64,000 nucleotides of DNA from Anaeramoeba ignava BMAN (Eukaryota; Protista; Anaeramoebae): the NCBI GenBank assembly GCA_028826165.1, contig JAPDFW010000059.1, forward strand, positions 1,674,001 to 1,738,000, read 5' to 3'. Numbering within the stretch: position 1 is the first letter of the stretch; each line of letters begins with the position of its first letter. The notes below the pieces were generated by a model, which was not told where the DNA came from, did no database searches, and saw nothing but the letters and a program-made list of their open reading frames with translations. This document shows, in pieces, positions 40,343 to 52,814 of this stretch. The translations under genes and the position numbers were made by a program.

Positions 40343-43311
40343 TTAATCAAAAAAATCAAAAGGAACAAAACTTTCTTGATTTTCTTCTTGATTTTCTTTT
40401 CGATCAATATAAGGAGATGTTATAATATTTTTTTTCTTTTTTAATCGATTTAATATTAAATTTAATTTAGAATTTTGATTTGTTTGGAAATAATTCTTAA
40501 CATCTTCAAGTTCTTCAATAACTTCTTGATTTAATTTAGATTCATCAAATTCATCATGATAAAAGAAATAAATTAATTGATTTAAAGTTTCAAATGATTT
40601 TCCTGAATAATCATGAACTTGATTTGAAGAATCATTAACATTCAAAAACATTCCTCTAAATAATTCACTTCTAATAATTAAAATTAATTTATGAACTTTA
40701 ATTTCTTTTTCTTTTTCATCTTCTTCACAAATTATTGTGAAATCTTTTGTTTCTTCTTGTTTATAAAGTAATTTTAAATCATTTAATAATCCATTTCTTC
40801 CTTTTTTTGAATTTACCCAATTTGAATCAAATCCAATTTCTTTGAATATTTTTCCATTTCTTCTTTTTTTTCATTCCATAATGTAATTTGTTCATTTTGT
40901 TTTTCTTTTGGTTTTAGGTTGATTTTTAAATTGTTGTTTAAGTTGTTCAAAAATCAAGAAATCCTGTATAAAGGAAATTAATAGCAGTTTCAACATCTGC
41001 TTTGAATTTTTGATAACAAATATCAACAAATTTTTGTAATATTGATTCATCATTATTAAATCTTGCTAATAAGATTAATTTATGAGCAGATATCTTTAAA
41101 GAATTTTTGCATTCAATTACAAAATCTGAAAAATTTTTAGAAATTAAAAAACTGCTCATATCTTCATTGATTGAATAAATCTTTGAGAATAAATGAATAA
41201 AATCATTTGAGATTGTTTTTACTTTTAAAGAATAAGGATTTGCATCATTCATTAATAAAAATTTAATTCCTTTTTTGTTTTTGTTTTGAATTGCTAAGGA
41301 AAGACATGATTGTCCATGAATATTTTCTTCATTAATATCAAGTCCTTTGTTAATAAAATATTCGATAATTTCAATAGAATTTTGATATTTAAAAGCTAAA
41401 TGTAAAGCTGTTTCGTTTTGATTTGTTTTTGCATTAATATCTGATCCTTTATCAATTAACAATTTTATAATTTCAAATAAATTTTTTTGGCAAGCAAGAT
41501 GCAAAGGTGTTTCATTTGTAGCTGTTTTTGCATTAACATCAGCACCTTTTGAAATTAATAACTTGATTATATCAATCGAATGATCATTATGAAAAGCAAG
41601 ATGTAAAGGTGTTTTTTTTGAGTAATCTAATTGAACATTAATATCAGCTCCTTTGTTAATAAGTAGTTCAACATATTTAATTGGATAATTATTTTGGCAA
41701 ATTAAATGCAAAATTGTTTCGTTTTCATCTGTTTTTGCATTAACGTCAGCTCCTTTTGAAAGCAGAAAATCTATAATCTCAATTGAATAATTATATCCAA
41801 AAGCAAGATGAACAGGTGATTTATCTTCAAATGTTTTTGCATTAACATCAGCTCCTTTTTCAATTAGATATTCTATCATTTCAATTGATACTTTTTTTTT
41901 AAAAGCAATATGTAAAATTGTTTCATTTCTTTCTGTTTTTGCATTAATATCAACTCCTTTTGAAATGAAAAAATCGATAATTTCAAATAGAGAAGGATTT
42001 GTGATAATTTTATGAAATGGATTTTCGTTATAAATTGAGTTTGCATTTATATCAAGTCCCTTTTCAATTAGAAATTTAATAACTTCAAGTGAATTACTTT
42101 GGCAAGCAAAATGTAAAGCTGTTTCATTAATTTCTGTTTTTTCATTAATATCAAGTCCCTTTTCAATTAGAAATTTAATAACATCAAGTGAATTACTTTG
42201 GCAAGCAAAATGTAAAGCTGTTTGATCTCCATTTTTTTTTTCATTAATATCAAGTCCTTTTTCAATTAGAAATTTAATAACTTCAAGTGAATTACTTTGG
42301 CAAGCAAAATGTAAGTTTGATTTATTGTCATATTTTTTTTTATTGATATCAAATCCTTTTTCAATTAGAAATTTAATAACATCAAGTGAATTACTTTGAC
42401 AAGCAAGATGTAAAACTGATTCATCTTCCATATGTTTGTTCATTGATATCAAGTTCTTTTTCAATTAGAAATTTAATAACATCAAGTGAATTACTTTGGC
42501 AAGCAAAATGTAAAGCTGTTTCATTTCTATATGTTTTTTCGTTTATATCAGCTTCGTTTTCAATTAGAAATTTAATAACTTCAAGTGAATTACTTTGGCA
42601 AGCAAAATGTAAAGCTGTTTCATTTCTATATGTTGTTTTATTGATATAAACACCTTTTTCAATTAGAAATTTAATAACATCAAGTGAATTACTTTGGCAA
42701 GCAAGATGTAAAGATGATTTATTTCCTTCTGCTATGTCTTCAATATCAAATCCTTTTTCAATTAGAAATTTAATAACTTCAAGTGAATTACTTTGGCAAG
42801 CAAGATGTAAAAGTGTTTCATTTCTATATGTTTTTTCATTTATATTAGCTCCGTTTTCAATTAGAAATTTAATAACATCAAGTGAATTACTTTGGCAAGC
42901 AAAATGTAAAGCTGTTGTGTTTTCATATGCTTTTTGATTAATATCAGCTCCGTTTTCAATTAGAAATTGAATAACATCAAGTGAATTACTTTGACAAGCA
43001 AGATGTAAAACTGTTTGATTTTTTATATCTTTTGCATTAATTGAAATGTTTGCTTTAATCAAAGCATTAATGATATCTATTCCTGTTTTATTTATAACTG
43101 CAATGTGTAATGAATTTCTTTTTAAACTATCTATTAAATTTACGTTTGCTCCTTTTTCAATTAGAACTTTAATTATTTCAAAAGGAACTTGTTTTTTAAT
43201 TGCAAAATTTAAAATTGGTTTTCCTTCTTTTTTTTGATAATTTTCTGGAATTGATTCAATTTTATTCAAGAATTCAATATTATTTTGTTCTATAGCTTCC
43301 CAAATATTCAT
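40343..43311 (-). CDS. Ankyrin-repeat plus BTB protein, paralogue of 26336-30132 (frameshifts near 42440 and 40860-40950)
   Basis: Same MNIWE start, TALHFACQSNSL repeats, FSDFVI...AHKLILLARF...FLYTG, near-identical C-terminal BTB DNA. Confidence 0.85.
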
Positions 43312-43474
43312 TATTCTTTAAAATTAAAATTAATTTTTTTAATAAAGAAAAAAAATGAAAAATCAAAATCAAAATAAAATTTTTTTTTTCATTTTTTTTG
43401 TTTGTATTTAAAAGTGGAAAAAAAAATCAAATTCATTTTTTTTCTCCTTTTCCATTTTCTTTCTTCATTTTTAA

Positions 43475-46205
43475 ATGTCAATTCAAATTATTTTACTTAT
43501 TTTAACTTCAAAAATCAAAAGAATTAAAAATAGGAATAGCAAAAGAAAATTCAATTCAACAACAAAAAAGTTTTATTCCAATTAATAAATCACAAGAAAA
43601 TGAAAATTTATGGATTTATGAAACAAACACTTTACAAAAACAAGAATTTCTTTTTAATTGAACTTCCAGAAAGTTATTTTAATTTTTTTACAAATCCAAA
43701 AAAAGAAAAAATTACAGAAGAAATAAAACCGAAAATGGCAACTGAAATTAATGAAAATAATTTTACTGATATATTTTTAACAAAAGATTCTGTTTTTGCA
43801 ATTCCTTTTTAATCAAATCAAAAAAAATTTGCAAGTTCAATTTTTGTTAATCCTTTTAGACCTGTTGCTATTGCTGATTTTTTTCCTTATCTTTTCGTTA
43901 ATGTTTTTGATTCTCAAGAAAAAATTCTCCAAAATATTTCAGATAAAAATAATCAAGTGCAAATTCTTCTTTATTTATTTCATCAAACATCTGTTTTTAT
44001 CAAGCAATTCAACAATCAAGATATTGACTTACAATCAATTATGTTTTTTTGGTATTATTTCAAAGAATTTTTTGCAGATCAATTCCAAAATAATAATCAA
44101 TTTATTCAAGAAGCTTTTGATCTCAAATTATCAAAACAAGATTTCAAATTCTTGAATATGTTTATTTGAAAAAATGGGAACCTTTTTATTCAATTCTATT
44201 ATTAAGTGATTCTATTCAAAAAAAGGGAACAAAATCAAAATTAGGTAATATTTTAAATAAGAATGAATTTTGGCCAGGAATAGAAAGTTCAATTCATCAA
44301 GAAATGATTGGGGAAATTACTAAATTTCAAATTTCTCATGCTTATACAATTCGAGAATTAAATCCAATTTCATTATGTTTATGTCGTATTATTTTGTTTT
44401 CATGTTTTTTAACAAGATTAATTACTTCAAATTCTTCAATAGTTAGTCTTTTTATTCCAGAAAACAAATTGAAAAATATAAATTTAGATGATGAAAAGAT
44501 TCATTTCAAGGAAATTATTCAAAATAGAATTGATGAAGAATTTGAAATTATTTCAACTCAATTAAATATTTCCAAAGAATATGCAATTTATTATGCTAGA
44601 TTATTTTTCTATAGATTGAAAATGGAAAATGAAGAAAGGAAATTAGATTTTGATTTTATGAAAAAACAAATAGGGAAACAAAATCGATATAATTTCGAAA
44701 AAATAATTTCAATTTTACAAAATGAATATCATTCTAAAATAATGAATACCTTAAAAGAAATTAAAGAAAAAGAAAACAAAATACTTGAATCATTAATTCC
44801 ACTTGAAGTATTGCCAAATAAATTAGATTTATCTTTTGATAATACAAGCAATCAATTCAACGATTTTAGAAATCAAACCCAATTCCCTTTAGTGAAAATA
44901 TATCTCAATCATCAAGAAGAATTTTCAATATTCACAAGTTTTCCTGGATTTCTATTTTTCTCAAATCAAATAATTTCATTAAACATAAACAAAGATAAAC
45001 CAATAGGATTTCATTATTTATATCAAAGTTTGAAAATTCAAACTAATATTAATTCAGATATTTTATCGAAATCTTTTGAAGATTTCCAAGTTATTTGGAA
45101 TTATATATCAAACAAAATCTCAAAAAGATTCTTTACAAATTCATTTACAGATGTAATATTTCCAGAAATTACAGAAGAAAAAGTTGATATTGGAAAACAA
45201 AAGGATGTTATTAATTTTATTTATGGAATTATTAAATATATTATTAGATTTAATAATACAATTATTGATGAAATTTTCCAAGAAAAAGAAGAAATTCAAT
45301 TTAATGATATTCTTCTTAATTTTCCACTTCCAGAAGATCTTTCCAAAAATATTGAAAATATTTCATCAGTTTTTCATTTGGATTATTCAGAAATTTATTT
45401 CTTCATTTCAAAAAACAAAATTAATTTATCAAATGTAGAAATATTTGAGAAATTTCTTGAATCAAAGATATCATCATTCTCATCTACTCTAACTAAAATT
45501 GATGCTGATTCACTTGATCCTTCACTTGATCCATTTCAAAATAGAAATATTAAAAAAAGTTTAAAATTATTAAACAAAATTATTATTCAAGAAAAAATTC
45601 CAAAACAAAAATGGATTCAAATTTCTGAAGAATTAAAAGCAAATTCAGGATTTTCAAGAATGCTTCATTTTATTGAAATTTTCATTTCATCATTTGTTTC
45701 AATGCAAAATTCAAGTAAGAAATCAAAAGAAGATCAAAATAAAATTATAAATGAACAAGTTATGAAATTTTCTCGAAATATTCTTAAGTTATCTGATATA
45801 ATTCAAGATTTTTCTTATGTTTATTCTTGTTCAAGTACTTTTACTTCTCAAGTTTTAATTAAAAATGTTTCAGATATTTATCATAAACTTGATAAAGTTA
45901 TTAATGATCCACTTAAATTAAAATCAACTAAATTTTATGAAAAAATTACAAATCATCAAAAATCAAAATTGAAAAGTTTTATAACAAAAGTTAATAAGAT
46001 TATTTTACTTAAAGGCTGGAAAAGATTAATTCTTGATTTAAAAGATAATAAAGATGAAAATCAAAAATTGAAAAAAGTTTTAATTAAAAAGCTAAGTAAA
46101 TATAAAGGAACAAAAACAACAAGAAATCAAATTAATAAATATTTTCCACAAAAAATTCTTTTAAAACATATTTATGAAGCTTATCAATATTGCAAACAAC
46201 TTTAA
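43475..46205 (+). CDS. Hypothetical helical protein, possibly resembling the RNF213 C-terminal region; 5' part frameshifted
   Basis: 679-aa ORF plus coding-like upstream fragments; RELNPISLCLCRII and terminal FPQKILLKHIYEAY are reminiscent of RNF213 C-termini (from recall only); start uncertain. Confidence 0.45.
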
Positions 46206-46345
46206 ATTAAATAAATCAAAAATAAAATAAAAATTTAATTAAATTATTTTAATCCCCTATTTTTAAATAAATCAAAAAAAAAAATATTCTCATTCATTTT
46301 TCTCAATTCATTTTTGATTATTTTTGTTTTAAAAAAAAAAGGAAA

Positions 46346-48490
46346 ATGAAGAAAATTCTGTTTTTGGGGTTCTTTTTTTTATTTGTTCAATCTGAAATTA
46401 ATTCAATTAAATCACTTGATTTACTTCCAAATGGAATGCAAAATACTTATAATTCTTTGATAGATTCTGAATCTGGATTTGTTTATTTTGTTGATTGTGA
46501 TTTTTTTTATGGATTTAATTCTCATCTTTTCAAATTTAGAATGAGTGATCTTGAATTAGTTGATTATATTGATTTAGGAGTTACTAAGGTTTATTGTGGA
46601 ATAATTGATGTTGGGAATAAATTGGCTTATTTTGGAACAAATAACAATCCTTCACAAATCATCAAAGTGAATTTAACAACATTCGAAGTAATTGATATTA
46701 TTGTGTTAGATACTATTTCTGGTCTTTATTCAGCTCAAATTGATACTGTTAATCAGAAAGCTTATTTCATTACTAAAACTTCATCAGCTTCTGTTTTGAA
46801 ACTTGATTTAGTGAATTTTTCAATAGAATCAAATTTATCACTTTCACAAACTGGAGGACAAGGATCTGTTATTGATGTTCCTAATCAATTTCTTTATGTT
46901 TTAATCCATAAAACCAGTTCAAGAATTCATAAAATTGATTTATCTAATTTTACTGAAGTTGATTCTATTGCTTTAGCTGAAGGAGAATCATATCCATTAT
47001 TTGGAGTAATTGATTTTATAAATGAGTTTATGTATGTTGGAGCTGGGGCTGGAATTGGAACTGATACAATCAAAGTTATCAAAGTTGATTTGAAAAACTT
47101 CACAGAAGTAACTTCTATTGATTGTGAATCATATGAGATAAATATTTATGGAGCAGGAATTGATGAAGATCGTGGGATAGCTTATTTCTTAGCTTGGTCT
47201 GGATATCTTGTGAGAATTAATTTGACAGATTTTACAAGGATTGATTCATTGGAATTTCATATAAATGGATATTCTTACACTATGGTGATGGATTCAAGTA
47301 GTAACTATTCTTTTATTGGATTTGATACTTCAAGAGCTATCAAAGTTGATTTAACAACATTTACTCAAGAAAATTCAACTCATATTCCAAATTATCAATT
47401 TCCAAAAGTAATTTTGATTGATGAAGTTAATCAAATAGGATATGTTGGTTTCAATATTTATTTTGGATTTATTGCCAAAATTGATCTTAGATCATTTGAG
47501 ATTATTGATTTCTTAGCTGTTAGTAATTATTCTGATAGGATTTATTGTGGAGAAATTGATGTTAAGAATGGATTTGCTTATTTTTTTGTTCATGGAGGAT
47601 TGAAGATTATCAAAGTTCAATTATCAAATTTTTCAATTATTGAAGAAAAGAAATTTCTTGATAATTCAAATAGTTACACAGTATCAAGCTCATTTGATGA
47701 AGAGAATCATTTCCTTTATGTTTCTTTTGAAGATTTTGATCAAATGATTTATTCAATTCTCAAAATTAGTCTTCCTGATCTTGAAATTGTTGATAATATC
47801 ACAAATCCTGAAGTTAAAGCATTTTTAAGGTTGTTTATTGATTCCTCAAAGGGATATCTTTATTCTCATTTTCGAAATTCAAGTGATAATCATTACTACA
47901 TTAATAAAATTGATTTATCAAGTTTTAGTGAAGTTGATTATGTTGATTTAGTGGATGAATATACTGGAACAATGGTTCTTGATAAGAAATATCAATACAT
48001 TTATTTCACAAACGAAACTCATTACACTTCTTATTCAGATTCAAATCCAGAAAAATTGGGAACAGGAAATGATTGGAGTTCGATTTTTAGAGTTTCATTA
48101 ACAAATATGGAAATTATTGATTCAAAAGAAGTTAATGGAATTGAAAGTTTTTCAACATCATTTCTTGATTCAAGTGGAGATTATGGATTTTTCTTAAGTA
48201 ATTTTTACAATAATGAAGGAGGATATTATGAAGCCAGAGTTATTCAAATTGAATTAAATCCTATTGAAATTCTTGAAAATATTTCAATAGGAAATTACAC
48301 GAATATTTTAGTTTCAGGAGTTGATTATTCAACAGGATATGGATATTTTGCAACAAGTAAAAATGATCCAAATCAATTTATTCAAATTTTTGGAAAACCA
48401 AATCCAGTATCATCAAGTAATAAAATTTTTCCAACAAGTTTAATAATTGAGATAATTTCAATAATTTTTTTAATTTTTGGAACATTTTAA
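46346..48490 (+). CDS. Predicted surface or secreted multi-blade beta-propeller protein with C-terminal hydrophobic anchor, intronless
   Basis: N-terminal signal peptide, about 42-aa repeats ID....AYF......IIKVDL..F...D.I.L, many NxS/T sites, hydrophobic C-terminus. Confidence 0.75.
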   Translation: MKKILFLGFFFLFVQSEINSIKSLDLLPNGMQNTYNSLIDSESGFVYFVDCDFFYGFNSHLFKFRMSDLELVDYIDLGVTKVYCGIIDVGNKLAYFGTNNNPSQIIKVNLTTFEVIDIIVLDTISGLYSAQIDTVNQKAYFITKTSSASVLKLDLVNFSIESNLSLSQTGGQGSVIDVPNQFLYVLIHKTSSRIHKIDLSNFTEVDSIALAEGESYPLFGVIDFINEFMYVGAGAGIGTDTIKVIKVDLKNFTEVTSIDCESYEINIYGAGIDEDRGIAYFLAWSGYLVRINLTDFTRIDSLEFHINGYSYTMVMDSSSNYSFIGFDTSRAIKVDLTTFTQENSTHIPNYQFPKVILIDEVNQIGYVGFNIYFGFIAKIDLRSFEIIDFLAVSNYSDRIYCGEIDVKNGFAYFFVHGGLKIIKVQLSNFSIIEEKKFLDNSNSYTVSSSFDEENHFLYVSFEDFDQMIYSILKISLPDLEIVDNITNPEVKAFLRLFIDSSKGYLYSHFRNSSDNHYYINKIDLSSFSEVDYVDLVDEYTGTMVLDKKYQYIYFTNETHYTSYSDSNPEKLGTGNDWSSIFRVSLTNMEIIDSKEVNGIESFSTSFLDSSGDYGFFLSNFYNNEGGYYEARVIQIELNPIEILENISIGNYTNILVSGVDYSTGYGYFATSKNDPNQFIQIFGKPNPVSSSNKIFPTSLIIEIISIIFLIFGTF

Positions 48491-48549
48491 GTTGATTTCT
48501 TTTTTTTTTTTTTCAATAAAAGAGCCAACAAACAAAGAAACATTTTAAT

Positions 48550-49490
48550 TTGATAAATTTAGATTTTATTTTTGATTAAATTTATTAATAATTTAATTTT
48601 ATTTTAATTTTATTTTTGATTAAATTTATTAATAATTTAATAAGGAATTTAATTTATTTTATTTTTGATTAATTTGATCTTTAATTAAATTTGGAAATTT
48701 ATTTTATTTTTGATTAAATTTATTAATAATTTAATTTAGGAATTTATTTTATTTTATTTTTGATTAAATTGATTAATAATTTAAATAGGGAATTTATTTT
48801 AATTTTGATTAAATTTATTAATAATTTAATAGGGAATTTATTTATTTAATTTTTGATTAAATTTATTAATAATTTAATAAGGAATTTATTTTAATTTTGA
48901 TTAATTTTATTAATAATTTATTTAATTTTATTTTTGATTAAATTTATTAATAATTTATTTAAGGAATTTATTTTTATTTTTGATTAATTTTATTAATAAT
49001 TTAATTTGGGGAATTTATTTTATTTTTGATTAAATTGATCTTTAATTAAATTAAATAAGGAATTTGATTTTATTTTGATTAAATTTATTAATAATTTAAT
49101 AAGGAATTTATTTTTATTTTTGATTAAATTTATTAATAATTTAATAAGGAATTTATTTTATTTTATTTTTGATTAATTTGATTAATAATTTAATAAGGAA
49201 TTTATTTTTATTTTTGATTAAATTTATTAATAATTTAATTTAAATTTATTTTAATTTTGATTAAATTTATTAATAATTTAATAGGGAATTTATTTTATTT
49301 TTGATTAAATTTATTAATAATTAAATAAGGAATTTATTTTATTTTTGATTAAATTTATTAATAATTTAATTAAGGAATTTATTTATTTTTATTTTTGATT
49401 AAATTTATTAATAATTTAATTTTAAATTTATTTGATTTTATTTTTGATTAATTTGATCTTTAATTAAATTAAATAAGGAATTTATTATTT
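48550..49490. repeat. Intergenic minisatellite (about 45-55 bp unit TTTTTGATTAAATTTATTAATAATTTAATAAGGAATTTATTTTA)
   Basis: Unit repeats many times with small variations. Confidence 0.85.
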
Positions 49491-50531
49491 TAAATAAGAA
49501 AATTTTAAATAAGAAATTTAAATAAAAATTTGACTTAGATCATTAAAAAAGAAATAAAAGAAAAGTTTTTAAATTATATTTTAAATTAAAATAAATAAAA
49601 AGGAGATTAAGTTAGAAAAGAATAAAAAATAAAAGAATTTAAATTAAAAATTAAAAGGAAAAAAAAAAAAAGCAAAAATTATAAACAAACACGTGTTAGT
49701 TTTTAATAAATAAGATCAAATTAAAACAATAAAATTAAATAAAAATAAATATTAAATAAATATTAAATTAATATTAAATAAATATTAGATCTTATAAATA
49801 AATAAAAAAAAAACTAAATTAGATCACATAATATTTTTTTTTCTTTTTCTTTTAATTTAGAAAAATTAATTTTAATATTTAATTTTATTTTATTTATTTT
49901 ATCTTTTTATTTTAAATTTAAATAATAAATAATTAATAATATTTTTGAAATAATAAAAGGAAATTAAAAAGGAAATTAATTTAATTTTTGTATTTTTAAT
50001 TCTAATTTATTATTTTTATTTTTCAAAAAAAAAAATATCAAAAATTTTTATTTTTACATTTTTTTTATTTTTTACTTTTATTTTTATTTTTATTTTACTT
50101 TATATTTTATCCCTTTTTCTCTTTATAATCTTTTTATTTTTACAATTTGTAAATTTTATGATTAACCATTTATTTATTTTTATTAAATTAAATATAAAAT
50201 TATTATTAAATTATTTGTATTATCAAAAAAATATAAAAATTAAAATTAAACAATTAAATAAAAAAATAAAAATACACTTTTCTCATCTAATCCTAATTTA
50301 TAATTTATTATTTATTTATTTATTTTAAATTTATAATTTTAATAATTAATAAAATTAATCAATCAAATAAAAAAAAAAATTAATCAATTAATCAAATAAA
50401 AATACACTTTTCTCATCTAATCCTAATTTATTATTTATTTATTAATTTTAATAATTAATAAAATTGATCATTCCAAAAAAAAAATTAATTAAAAAATAAA
50501 TTAATCAATCAAAAAAAAAAAAATAAAGAAA

Positions 50532-51410
50532 ATGACCGAAAGAAGATGTTCAAATTGTGGAACAACAGATACCCCAATGTGGAGAAGAGGACCAGCTCCA
50601 AATCATGATTATCTTTGTAATGCTTGTGGTTGTTATTATAAACTTCATTCAAAACACAGACCTGCAATTTATGGACCTTCAACTAATTTAAGATTTCGTA
50701 AATGTATTAGAACTAAAAGAAAAGAAAAATTAAAAGATTCTAATAAAAATTTGAAAAAACCAAAAAAAGATCAAAAACAAAAGAAAGTAAAGAAAACTTT
50801 ATCAATAAAAAATGAATTAAATGTAAATGAAATTAAAAAGAAAATTGAAGATCTAAATAAAGATCAAATTGAAAAGAAAATTGAAGAGGAAAATGAAAAG
50901 AAAATTGAAAAGAAAAATGAAGATAAAAATGAAAATAATAATGTAGATCAAATTGAAAAGAAAAATGTGAAAGATATTTTCCATTTAAAAAATGTTGTTG
51001 CTCAAACTTTAATTGAATTATCCAGAATTACAAAAAAAAATGAAAAAGAAAATCAAATTGAAAATGAAAATGAAAATGAAAATGAAAATGAAAAAGAAAA
51101 TCAAATTGAAAATGAAAATCAAATTGAAAATGAAAATGAAAATGAAAAAGAAAATGAAAATCAAATTTCTCAATATCAACAAGTTAATCAAATAACAAAT
51201 CAACAAATTCCTTCTTTTCAATTAACTGAACAATATCAATATCAATATCTATATCAAAACCAAAATCAATATCAAAATCAATATTATCCTGTTAATCAAG
51301 TTTATTATCCTCCTTCTTCTTATTATTACCCAAATCAATATTATCTTACTAATCCAATGATTTATAATTCATTCTCAAATTTAGATCCAAATAATTTAAA
51401 ATATAATTGA
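50532..51410 (+). CDS. GATA-type zinc-finger transcription factor
   Basis: CSNCGTTDTPMWRRGP...LCNACG followed by a basic region and a Q/Y/N-rich C-terminus. Confidence 0.9.
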   Translation: MTERRCSNCGTTDTPMWRRGPAPNHDYLCNACGCYYKLHSKHRPAIYGPSTNLRFRKCIRTKRKEKLKDSNKNLKKPKKDQKQKKVKKTLSIKNELNVNEIKKKIEDLNKDQIEKKIEEENEKKIEKKNEDKNENNNVDQIEKKNVKDIFHLKNVVAQTLIELSRITKKNEKENQIENENENENENEKENQIENENQIENENENEKENENQISQYQQVNQITNQQIPSFQLTEQYQYQYLYQNQNQYQNQYYPVNQVYYPPSSYYYPNQYYLTNPMIYNSFSNLDPNNLKYN

Positions 51411-51798
51411 TATTATAATAATTTAATTTAAAATTATTGAAATTCAGGTAAAATTCTTTAATTTAATTTTAAATTTAAATTTAATTTTAATTTTAATTTT
51501 AATTTTAATTTGATTAGTTAAAAAATGTTCTTCTTCTAAAAATCAAATCAATCCAAAAAATTTTGAATTGTTTCCTTTTTATTTTTTTTCTTTCAAAAAA
51601 GATTTGAATTTTTTTTTTAAATTAATTTTAGTTTCTTTTTTGATTTTACTTTTCTTTTTACTTTGTTTTATTTTTTATTTTTCTTTTTGAAAAGAAAGAG
51701 AAAGAAAAAAAATAAATTGAAAAAAGAAAAGAAAAGAAAAAAAGTGGAATAATCCACAAAAAAAATTTTATTTTTTTTAATTTTAATTTTTTAATTTT

Positions 51799-52622
51799 TT
51801 AATTAAAAATATTTCCAATTTTAAAACATTGAATTTCAATAAAAGGAAGATTTTCATTAATAGTAGTATTTTCATTAATATCACAAAGAAATTTTGAAGC
51901 AATAATAATTTCATAAGTACATGTTTGAGTTTCTTGAATTGAAATTATAAAAGTATCTAAAATTTGGGAAACTTCTTCATAATTTTCTTCTTCTAAACAT
52001 ATATAATTAACCTTTAAAGAACGAGGTTTATTAATTTCTGGACAAAATGTTCCAGATTCATAATATTGAGTTATTTGAATTTTATTATCTTTAAAAGTAA
52101 ATTCATCTTTTGTAAATTTTCCTAAAGAATTAATCCATTCAATAAAACCATAAACTTGTTTAAATTGTCTAACTTCTTTTTTATAACAAACTTCATAACT
52201 CCATCCATTTTCTTCCTTTTTTGATTTAAAATTTCAAAAATTATTATTTATTTAATATTTATTTATTTATTAAATATTTTTACAGATTGTGCTAAAAAAC
52301 ATTTATCAATAAATGGAATTGTTATTTCATTTTGTTTTGTTTCTTTATTTGTTTCTTTATTTGTTTCTGTATTTGTTTTTCCTATTTTTTCAGGTATAAA
52401 ACATTCATAAATTGTACCATCAAATGAAGTAAAATTTTCAACTTTAAAATTAGAATCATTTAAAAAAGGAATATTTTTAATATCATTTAAAAAAGAAACA
52501 GAATAAAAATCTTCAACAAATCTTGAATTTTTTAAATTTAAATTTTGATTTTGATTTTGATTTTGAAAAGAAAAAGAATAAAAGAAAGAAAGAATAAATA
52601 AAAATAAAAGAATAAATTTCAT
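51799..52622 (-). CDS. OS-9/ERLEC1-like MRH-domain ER lectin, two exons
   Basis: Signal peptide, YECFIP; second exon reads GWSYEVCYKKEVRQF...QYYESGTFCPEINKPRSLKVNYIC...IQETQTCTYEIIIASKFLC. Confidence 0.8.
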
Positions 52623-52814
52623 AATTTCTTATTTATTTCTTATTTTTTTTATTTTATTTTTATTTAAAAAAAGAAAAAAATGAAAATTAAAAAGGAGAAA
52701 AAAAAATTATTTTTAATTAATTTTTTTTTTCATTTTTTTTCTTCATTTTAATTAAAAAAAAAAAACAACGAATTTTTAATTGAAAAAAAAAAAAGCAAAA
52801 AAAAAAAATAATAA

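Noticed and set aside
26880-44170. Frameshifts in the ankyrin, ARM and hypothetical genes as pseudogenes or programmed frameshifting
   Set aside because: Most breaks lie in or near A/T runs and the reading frames otherwise look intact, so assembly indels are the simpler explanation. Read data are needed to exclude pseudogenisation, especially for 37140-38594.
48550-49490. Regular repeat that could be mistaken for a CRISPR array
   Set aside because: No unique spacers, AT-rich degenerate units, eukaryotic context and no cas genes.
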